Program-made: the position numbers and the translations under genes
Notes under the pieces: generated by a model
Told to the model about the DNA's origin: nothing
The model's input: only the letters and a program-made list of their open reading frames with translations
The model's database searches: none
In this document: positions 51,534 through 59,223 of the stretch, piece by piece
How positions within the stretch are numbered: position 1 is the first letter of the stretch
Layout: every line of letters begins with the position of its first letter
NCBI GenBank assembly: GCA_963674865.2
Contig: CAXXYE010000011.1
Coordinates: forward strand, 128,001-192,000
DNA: 64,000 nucleotides
Source: Candidatus Hydrogenedentota bacterium
GTDB taxonomy: Bacteria; Hydrogenedentota; Hydrogenedentia; Hydrogenedentales; SLHB01
Direction: 5' to 3'

Positions 51534-52267
51534 AGCAACCCACCATCGACAAGCTTTACGAGTTGCGTCTCTTCGGGATGGCCAAAGCCCTGGAAGAACA
51601 GGACGGGTCCTCCAAATACGAACGCCTGGATTTCCTGGACCGGCTGGCTTTGCTCGTGGACCGCGAATCCGCCGAACGCGACAGTAACCGCCTTCGGCTT
51701 CGGCTCAAACAGGCCAAACTGCGCCTGACGGCCACCGTCGAGGATGTGGATTTCCGCCATCCCCGCGGTCTCGACAAATCCCTCGTCCTGGCCCTGGCCG
51801 GCTGCCGATGGATACGCGAGCACCATAACGTCATCATTACCGGGCCTACCGGCGTGGGCAAGAGCTATCTGGCCTGCGCTTTGGCGCACAAGGCATGCCG
51901 CGAAGGCTTCCGCGCCCTTTACCTGCGAGCCCCCAGGCTCTTCGACGACCTCGCGCTGGCCAAAGCTGACGGCCGCTACCGCAGGGTCCTCGCCGCCCAT
52001 GCCCGGATCGACCTGCTCGTCATCGACGACTGGGGGCTGGCCAGCCTGACCGAGGAGCAGCGCCGTGATGTCCTCGAGATCCTGGAAGACCGCCACGACC
52101 TGCGGTCCACTCTGATCGCCAGCCAACTCCCCATCGAGAAGTGGCACAAGGTCATCGGCGACCCTACTCTGGGCGACGCCATCCTTGACAGACTGGTACA
52201 CAATGCCCACAAACTCGCGCTCAAGGGAGATTCGCTCAGGAAGAAACGGAAGAAGATACAAAGCTGA
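51527..52267 (+). CDS. istB: IS21 helper ATPase
   Basis: GPTGVGKS, LLVIDDWG, DAILDRLVHNA, GDSLRK. Confidence 0.95.
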   Translation: MLKQPTIDKLYELRLFGMAKALEEQDGSSKYERLDFLDRLALLVDRESAERDSNRLRLRLKQAKLRLTATVEDVDFRHPRGLDKSLVLALAGCRWIREHHNVIITGPTGVGKSYLACALAHKACREGFRALYLRAPRLFDDLALAKADGRYRRVLAAHARIDLLVIDDWGLASLTEEQRRDVLEILEDRHDLRSTLIASQLPIEKWHKVIGDPTLGDAILDRLVHNAHKLALKGDSLRKKRKKIQS

Positions 52268-52722
52268 AGCGGCACACCGTCGCTACGCTCCGAGGGGAGG
52301 CCACGCTTCAGCGTGGTTTCCCCTCTCTTACCTCCGGTGGCCGCATCCCATCCTACCATACCCACCAGCACTTTCCTTCGGACTACTCGGCCGCGACCGT
52401 AACAGGTGGCCGCGCACTGCCGAATTCACTGGCCGCGCTCAGCCGTATCCGGTGGCCTACTCGTGCCGAAATATGCAGTGTGCCCTGTGGAAATCCCGTT
52501 TCGCAGTCTCCAAGCCTATACCGAGGAAGGGGGGACCGTGCTAGATCCCTTCGGCGGCTCGGGGACAACGCTTATTGCCGCAGAGCGTGCGGGACGGAGG
52601 GCATTTCTCGTCGAGAAACGTCCCGAGTACTGTGACCGGATCGTGAAGCGCTGGGAGGAGTTCACGGGGAAGCGGGCAAGGCGAGAAGTATCCAGATAGA
52701 CGCGTATTGGGGGAGCGTCGCG

Positions 52723-53838
52723 ATGAAAGGGAAAAAGGAAATGGACATTGGCATGACTCGGAAGCATACAGTTTCAGCACTTCCGCAGGATTTCGTTCCG
52801 CATGCTGTCGAACACTTTGATGTCAGGAGAATCATCCTGAGCAAAGGTAGTCTGGATACGCCAGAACGCGCGGTATTTGTTCGCCGAATATGTGAAGTCT
52901 ACCCCAATGCGACGATTCAGGAACAGCTGGGACATGCCCATAACCATGTTAGCCTTGGCGAAGGAAGTCGCTCAACACGCATTCAGAACGGAAAGAAGAC
53001 CCTTGTCTTTGGTGAGCTGAAGAGCGCCGTTAGGTCAAGCTCGGGTGAAAGCAATACTTGTCCCTCCCACTGGTCGTTCTCGGTGTACGGATTCTGTCCG
53101 TATGGCTGTAAGTACTGCTATCTCCCGGGAACCCAAACCTTCTGGTTTTCACCAGCCGTTCGAGTTTATGTGAACCTCCCCGAAATCCTCGCACAAATCG
53201 ACCGCGTGGCCAATCGCTCCAGGAAGCCTACCGCTTTCATTTTAGGCAAGCTGCAGGATGGCCTTGCCCTGGATCCCTTGACCGCCTACTCGACGACCTT
53301 GGTACCATTCTTTGCCGGACACAAGTATGCACGACAGATCATTATGACGAAGTCGGATTCCGTTGAGCGATTCCTTGATTTGGAGCACGGTGGAAACACT
53401 ATCCTCTCTTGGAGCCTCAACCCGCCAGAGATAGCCGCTCGATACGAGAAAAACGCGCCTTGCATTGAGGCGCGAATTGAGGCCATGAAGCAATGTGCCG
53501 ATGTCGGCTATCCGACACGCGCTACGATCATGCCGTTTGTTCCCTGTGGCAATTGGCGAGCCGCATATACTGGCTTGGTGCAGAGTCTGCTTTCTCAGGT
53601 TCGTCTACAGCGTCTTACTCTAGGCGGGATTTGCATGTCGCCCAGAGCCTTATCGGCAATGAGGGAACGTGCCAGCGGCGAGGATGGTGTTTCCGATATT
53701 CTTGCCAAAGAAAGACATTTCGAAGGAGGGCGCATTTGGTATGACCACAGACTATGCACGGAAGTCTTCGAGTTCATTGCAGCGACCGCCCGGGCGGCCC
53801 AGCCTGACTTGCCTATCTCGTCGTGCCACACTCTCTAG
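52723..53838 (+). CDS. Spore-photoproduct-lyase-like radical SAM protein A
   Basis: GFCPYGCKYCYL, GKLQDGLALDP, TKS, SWSLNP. Confidence 0.85.
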   Translation: MKGKKEMDIGMTRKHTVSALPQDFVPHAVEHFDVRRIILSKGSLDTPERAVFVRRICEVYPNATIQEQLGHAHNHVSLGEGSRSTRIQNGKKTLVFGELKSAVRSSSGESNTCPSHWSFSVYGFCPYGCKYCYLPGTQTFWFSPAVRVYVNLPEILAQIDRVANRSRKPTAFILGKLQDGLALDPLTAYSTTLVPFFAGHKYARQIIMTKSDSVERFLDLEHGGNTILSWSLNPPEIAARYEKNAPCIEARIEAMKQCADVGYPTRATIMPFVPCGNWRAAYTGLVQSLLSQVRLQRLTLGGICMSPRALSAMRERASGEDGVSDILAKERHFEGGRIWYDHRLCTEVFEFIAATARAAQPDLPISSCHTL

Positions 53839-53876
53839 AGGATTGCCTGGAAAGCACCTCTTAAACCTAAGAAATC

Positions 53877-53907
53877 ACTGGATATATATTCAGTCTTGCG
53901 ATATGCT
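53877..53907 (+). promoter_or_regulatory. Palindromic operator (SOS-box-like) overlapping a candidate sigma-70 promoter
   Basis: ACTGGATATATATTCAGT; TGGATA-N17-TATGCT. Confidence 0.5.
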
Positions 53908-53950
53908 AGTTGCAGACAAGAGGGTCCAGCATTACAGCGGAAGAAGAAAC

Positions 53951-55108
53951 GTGAGTGAACATGGGCAACTTGAGCTCTTTTCGAAAGGGGCAAGCGTTTC
54001 GTTACCGGATAGGTATGTGCCGGTTCCGGCGCAGGGCTTTGAGGTCGAACGAATTCTGCTGGGCAAGGGCAGCATAGATACGGCGCAACGCGAGGCGTTT
54101 GTGCGGAGGATCTGTTCGGCATATCCGGATGTGCCGGTGGAAGAACACCTGGATTCATCCGCCGGTGCGGTGGACCTGGAGGAAACGAATCCCCTACGCC
54201 GTCAGTTGAAGGGGAAGCGAACACTGGTGTTTGGACAGTTGCAGGCCAGAAGTGCCGTACGATGCACACGGGTGGCGGACAAGGAGTACTCGTACCGTTG
54301 GCATTTCTCGGTATATGGATATTGCTTCTACAGATGTGCGTATTGCTATCTGGCCGGGACAAATGGTGTGTGGCATTCGCCGACTGTAAAGATCTATGTA
54401 AATCTCCCGGAAATCGTAACAGCGATCGAGCGCCATGCCAATCGGTTGGACACTCCGACGTTCTTCTGCCTGGGCAAATTGCAAGATGGTTTGGCATTGG
54501 ATCCGCTCACGGCGTATTCGAGAGTTCTGATACCTTTCTTTGCCGAACATCCCCACGCAAGGCTGCTTATCCAAACGAAGTCGGCCGACGTGGAACGATT
54601 ACTCAACTTGGAGCATGGTGGTCACACGACGTTGTCGTGGAGTCTGAATCCACCGGAAGTCGTTCGTTGCTACGAATCACATGTTCCAAGTACCGAGGAC
54701 CGAATTGCCGCCATGGAGCGTTGTGCCGCGCACGGCTACCCGGTGCAGGGTCTTATCCAACCGTTCATTCCCGTTGGAGACTGGGAAACCACCTATGACT
54801 CATTTGTGCGTGAATTGATGGATCGAGTGCCACTACAGGAGCTATCAATCGCCGGCGCGTGTATGGGACTGCGCACGCTTTCACTGTTGGAGCGCCGAAT
54901 GGGGCGGGAGAACGCGATCAGCACACATCTCGCAAGTTCAACGCCGACAGGACAAGTCGGCACATATTACCGGACCGCTATTGAGCAGCGATTCTTGGTG
55001 AGAATTGCGGAGATGGTTCGGAGGCGCAAGCCGGGTTGGATTGTAACGATGGGGAGGCAACATCCATCAGCCCTGCGAGTGCTAAGAATGGGGCCGCGGA
55101 CGTGCTGA
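53951..55108 (+). CDS. SPL-like radical SAM protein B, with N-terminal QLELF
   Basis: GYCFYRCAYCYL, GKLQDGLALDP, SWSLNP; start chosen by alignment to the paralogs. Confidence 0.85.
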   Translation: MSEHGQLELFSKGASVSLPDRYVPVPAQGFEVERILLGKGSIDTAQREAFVRRICSAYPDVPVEEHLDSSAGAVDLEETNPLRRQLKGKRTLVFGQLQARSAVRCTRVADKEYSYRWHFSVYGYCFYRCAYCYLAGTNGVWHSPTVKIYVNLPEIVTAIERHANRLDTPTFFCLGKLQDGLALDPLTAYSRVLIPFFAEHPHARLLIQTKSADVERLLNLEHGGHTTLSWSLNPPEVVRCYESHVPSTEDRIAAMERCAAHGYPVQGLIQPFIPVGDWETTYDSFVRELMDRVPLQELSIAGACMGLRTLSLLERRMGRENAISTHLASSTPTGQVGTYYRTAIEQRFLVRIAEMVRRRKPGWIVTMGRQHPSALRVLRMGPRTC

Positions 55109-55218
55109 AGTTGGGGAGTACGCCACACAGCATGGTCAACTCGATTGAAGGGCGAGACTTCCTGTTGGAGCTGGCAAGATGGGATGTCCTGATAGAATGA
55201 GAAGTCTCTTCCGTTTAC

Positions 55219-56469
55219 ATGAGCGAGGAAAGGGGCCGGGGCATGACCATTGACAAGGACGATAAAGAGTTGGATGGGAGATCGGGCGAGAGACTGATTG
55301 CCCATTTCTTTGACCGCAATTTTTCGGAGCAGTTCTCTTTTGCGAATCCAAAAACCAAGACAAATGCCGAAGTCGGCGACGTTCTCGTTTGGTTCAATCG
55401 AGTTGTTCTACTAATCGAAGTAAAGACCCGGTGCGATGGAGGGAAGAGCGTAGATCAATGGGCGGCTGCGGGTATCTCGAAAGGTGTTGAGCAAATCAGA
55501 AACAACATTTCTCGGCTCAACGATCGGGAAGCCATCAATCTTCACAATCGACACTATCACCTTCCTCTTCAGTACGAGGGCCTAAGCAGTGTGATCGGAA
55601 TGGTGGTTCTTGTCTCGGAAGAGAAACCAACCATCCGTCCAAGCGATGTGGTGTCCGATATCTACCAACAGGATTCCCCTATCCATGTCTTCACGTGGAA
55701 CGACTTGCTGCAAATGACCGCTGAGATAGACTCGGTGCCGGACTTAACCTACTATCTTCAAGATCGTCTCGCCCTCGTTCTCACTGGTTTCGATATTCCT
55801 CTAAGTAGGGAGATGCATGCGCTTGCATGCTACAAGCTCCACCATAATCGTTTCCCAACACCATTGCCGGATGTCGCTTCTTCAGACGTATTGGATGACT
55901 ACAGAACTTCCATGCGTGAATCCATTGCCGAAAGGGAGAGGCACAATCGTTTTGCTGAACTCTATGATCACATAGTCACTCTTATCCCCGAGAGACGAAA
56001 ACTGCACCATGGACTACCGACTGGCTTGTACTTTGCCTGGGAGATGGCAGCCACGACAAGACGTCAACGCGCCTACTATGGAGAAATGCTCGCGCGCACA
56101 CAGAGAGATTTTCAAGACGGCAGAATGGCGGATCGTAGGTATGCGTTATACAATCCGGCCACAGGCAATTGGCTGGTGTTTCTCTTTTCGAAAGACGGGA
56201 CGCAAGAGCTGTGCGAGAAGTTGATCCGCGCCGTTGACCTGAAGCTAATAAAGGAAGTAGCCAAGAGCCAATTCGAATATGGAGTGTATGGTCTAGGTTT
56301 CCAGATCTCACAGTTTCCTCTCCTAAGATTCAGTCTTTGCGTGGCCACCTTCAACGGCGCGGCGGAGGTGGCTGGTTTCACGGAGGAGCAACTTCAGGAA
56401 GCACTCACACTTTGGGGGAGTGAGTCGGGCACGAGGCGCCGGACAATAGAAGAATTCCCCAGTGCTTAG
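55219..56469 (+). CDS. Hypothetical protein with an N-terminal PD-(D/E)xK / NERD-like nuclease motif
   Basis: GE...EVGDVLV....LLIEVK...GVEQI; visibly more AT-rich than its neighbours. Confidence 0.65.
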   Translation: MSEERGRGMTIDKDDKELDGRSGERLIAHFFDRNFSEQFSFANPKTKTNAEVGDVLVWFNRVVLLIEVKTRCDGGKSVDQWAAAGISKGVEQIRNNISRLNDREAINLHNRHYHLPLQYEGLSSVIGMVVLVSEEKPTIRPSDVVSDIYQQDSPIHVFTWNDLLQMTAEIDSVPDLTYYLQDRLALVLTGFDIPLSREMHALACYKLHHNRFPTPLPDVASSDVLDDYRTSMRESIAERERHNRFAELYDHIVTLIPERRKLHHGLPTGLYFAWEMAATTRRQRAYYGEMLARTQRDFQDGRMADRRYALYNPATGNWLVFLFSKDGTQELCEKLIRAVDLKLIKEVAKSQFEYGVYGLGFQISQFPLLRFSLCVATFNGAAEVAGFTEEQLQEALTLWGSESGTRRRTIEEFPSA

Positions 56470-56833
56470 AAATGGATATGCGTATGAGATGAGTTCAAGA
56501 CTCTGAATGCGGCAACTGGAGTTGTTCGAGAAGGATGATGCGGGCAGTTGGGGGTTGCCGAAGGGTTATCAAGTATGCACAAGCCGCCACTTCTCTTTCG
56601 ACCGCATCATATTGAGCATTTGATGGCGACAAGACTGAGGCAGAATACACAGGTGAGATCGCGCACTCTCTTGCTATCGTCGCCGAGCAAGCCGTGCTGC
56701 GCCATTCATGGCCATTGGGTGCCTCCCGCTTGGAAACTCCGGTGGGCAGGAAGAATGCTTGATGAGATCTTTTCCAGTATGGCTGTGTGTTTACTCCCGT
56801 GGGACGAGTCTCGTATGCGAGGTATTGGGCATA

Positions 56834-57931
56834 GTGAATGAGCAACTGGACCTGATTCCGCGGGAGAATGTCTGGGAGTTGCCTCGGGACTATGAGCCTG
56901 TGGCACCGGCCGGATTTGACGTACGTCAGATCTTTCTTTGCCGGGGTAGCTTGAGCACCGCGGAACGCGATAGTTTCGTCCGTCGCATCTGTTGTGCATT
57001 TCCAGCGGCGGAGATCGTTGAACAACTTGACACCGTGCATAATCGCGTGGAACTCCATGAGCCGGAGCCTGCGTGCCGTGTGGCTCGTGGCAAACAGACG
57101 CTCGTTTTCGGGGAACTCTCACCGAAGCATGCGGTGTGGGATGGCGGGGGCCGAGAGGCCCCGTATTTTCATCGCAGGCGGTTGTCATTGTGTGGCTTCT
57201 GCTTCTACGCATGCCGATTCTGCTACCTGGCGGGCCGCGACGCCGTGTGGCATTCGCCGACGGTGAAGATATTCGTGAATCTGACGGAGATTATGGATGA
57301 GGCAGAGCGCCACATCCGGCGCGCGGAGCAGCCTCTCGAGTTCTGCATTGGCGAGTTGCAGGATGGGCTTTCGTTGGATCCCCTTACAGCCTATAGCTCA
57401 GTGCTGGTGCCCTTTTTCGCGGAGCAGCGGGATGCTTGTCTCGAGGTCCGCACCAAATCTACTGCCGTCGAGCGACTGCTTTCACTGAACCATGGCCGGC
57501 GCATCCTATTGTCGTGGACACTAAACCCACCGGAGGTTGCACGGGTCTTTGAAGTGGGTGCGCCTCCCGTCGAGGAGCGCATCGCGGCCATGCAACGCTG
57601 CGCGGAGGCAGGATATCGTCTGCGGGCTAGCATCATGCCTGTTATCCCCCTTGGCGACTGGAAGCCGAGCTATCTTGACTTCATCGCCCGCGTGTTGGAG
57701 CAGATTCCGCTCGAACGTTTGGCGCTGGGGGGGATCACAATGGATGAGCGGACACGCCACCTGCTGGAACTCCGGATAGGAACCGAGAACGCAATTTCAG
57801 CCCACCTTCGGGAGTGTAGCGACGGGCAATGGCATTATTCGCCGGCGCTTTGCCGGGAGTTGTTTCAGCAGATCAACAAGCTGGCCAGGAGGATACAACC
57901 AGACATTGAAGTTGAGGTCGTTATCCCGTGA
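56834..57931 (+). CDS. SPL-like radical SAM protein C, with N-terminal QLDLI
   Basis: GFCFYACRFCYL, GELQDGLSLDP, SWTLNP. Confidence 0.85.
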   Translation: MNEQLDLIPRENVWELPRDYEPVAPAGFDVRQIFLCRGSLSTAERDSFVRRICCAFPAAEIVEQLDTVHNRVELHEPEPACRVARGKQTLVFGELSPKHAVWDGGGREAPYFHRRRLSLCGFCFYACRFCYLAGRDAVWHSPTVKIFVNLTEIMDEAERHIRRAEQPLEFCIGELQDGLSLDPLTAYSSVLVPFFAEQRDACLEVRTKSTAVERLLSLNHGRRILLSWTLNPPEVARVFEVGAPPVEERIAAMQRCAEAGYRLRASIMPVIPLGDWKPSYLDFIARVLEQIPLERLALGGITMDERTRHLLELRIGTENAISAHLRECSDGQWHYSPALCRELFQQINKLARRIQPDIEVEVVIP

Positions 57932-57944
57932 GTGCCCCATCTCA

Positions 57945-57962
57945 TCCCGCCGCCTCTGCCAT
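57945..57962 (+). repeat. Degenerate att core 4
   Basis: TCCCGCCGCCTCtgCCAT, 16/18 match to the tmRNA 3' end; followed by the same TAA-N19-TTA motif that follows cores 2 and 3. Confidence 0.7.
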
Positions 57963-58401
57963 AACATATTCATTCCTAATGGCTTATGTGCGTGATTGCC
58001 CCCCGAGGCTTTCCCGCCGACCTCAGAATCGCAAGGAGCTGTAAGTCCACGCCTTGCATCAGTTTAGGATGCGTATCTCGGCTTACTCGTGTAGTGGGCC
58101 ACATAATGGCCGGAACGAGGTGACGATTCTCGCCTCGGGCAGGGGGGAGCAAAAGATGAGCCGGATTGGTCGGCATGCCGTCTCACACATGCGAGTTTGC
58201 CTGTGGCTGCGGCAGGATGAGGATCTTTCTCTACTGGCTTGTCTCTGGCACCGCAGTGGTTTAGGCTTCGCGAACCTAATGCGAAGCTGGAAACCAGCTT
58301 CGCGCCATTTGGCAACGCGTCTCTCTCTCGCTGTCGCAGACTGGAGTGCCGTCGGAATTCCCTTCCGCAGCCCCTCAATAACCAACAAAGGAGAAGTTTC
58401 T

Positions 58402-58782
58402 GTGAGTGCATTACCAGAGGTTGTCGCCGAAGCATTGGATAACCGGGAAGGCCCGGCGGTTTTCACGACAGTGAACAAAGCAGGCATTCCGAACACCATC
58501 TACGTAGGATTCCTTCATCGATTCGGGCCGGACAAGTTGGTCGTTCCCGACAACTATTTCCACAAGACGCGCGAGAACATCCTCGCGGGGAGCAGCGGTT
58601 CCCTGCTTTTCATCACCAAGGAGCGAAAGGCGTATCAGATCAAAGGCGCCATCGACTATGAGAAGAGCGGCGAGATCTTTGACGATATGAAACACAACTG
58701 GCTAGACGCCAAGTACCCAGGCCACGCCGCGGTCGTTGTAAATGTAGAAGAGGTCTTCAGCGGAGCAGAGCAACTCACATAG
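58402..58782 (+). CDS. Pyridoxamine 5'-phosphate oxidase-family FMN-binding protein
   Basis: TTV...GIPN, DNYFHKTRENI, AYQIKG; AAGGAG RBS. Confidence 0.88.
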   Translation: MSALPEVVAEALDNREGPAVFTTVNKAGIPNTIYVGFLHRFGPDKLVVPDNYFHKTRENILAGSSGSLLFITKERKAYQIKGAIDYEKSGEIFDDMKHNWLDAKYPGHAAVVVNVEEVFSGAEQLT

Positions 58783-59223
58783 CATCCAGATTGACATGAG
58801 CGCCGACGCGTGAGGCGCATGCAAACGGCGAGATGCAGACCCCCTCCATGCACGCCTGCTCCAATGCGACATGAAGCTGGTGATGGTTCTCCCAAGACGG
58901 GCCCGCCAGGTGCTTGAGAGAATCGAGTGTTCTCATAAGTCCTTGTAGGTCAATAAGTAGGGGCCTTCTGGAGTGACAGGCGGAGCAAGGCTGGTGATGG
59001 CCGAACGCGCTACTCCCCTGAACTGGCTATTAACGTGTACGACGCCATGATCGCCGTAGGTCGGAATGCAGGCCAACTGTCAGCACATGGGCGGATTCCT
59101 CAGTGCCTAGCCGCGCTTTATATTTGATTCAGCACTCAGCCTCTGGTTAACTCACTGAAAGCCATCGCGAGAGCGAGTGTAAAGCAGTGGACATACTCCG
59201 TATCTGGCTTCTCAGGAGGGATA

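Larger units (their letters stand above)
49769..52477 (+). mobile_element. IS21-family insertion sequence, 2709 bp
   Basis: TIR TGCATATTTCGG / CCGAAATATGCA; 6-bp TSD GTGTGC (49763-49768, 52478-52483); subterminal GGCCGCGC/GAATTC-containing repeats. Confidence 0.95.
48737..52699 (+). pseudogene. ParB-N / DNA methyltransferase fusion, copy 2, interrupted by IS21 (415 aa when reconstructed)
   Basis: ParB motifs; HRLLCGDS, FAGPPYF; GHSAVC|PVEIP...VLDPFGGSGTT rejoins in frame. Confidence 0.9.
47428..57962. mobile_element. tmRNA island 3 (no integrase)
   Basis: Between att core 3 and degenerate core 4; carries a paralog of the island-1 module. Confidence 0.7.

Noticed and set aside
34992..57962. 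Prophage or conjugative element
   Set aside because: No structural, terminase, relaxase, T4SS or replication genes seen
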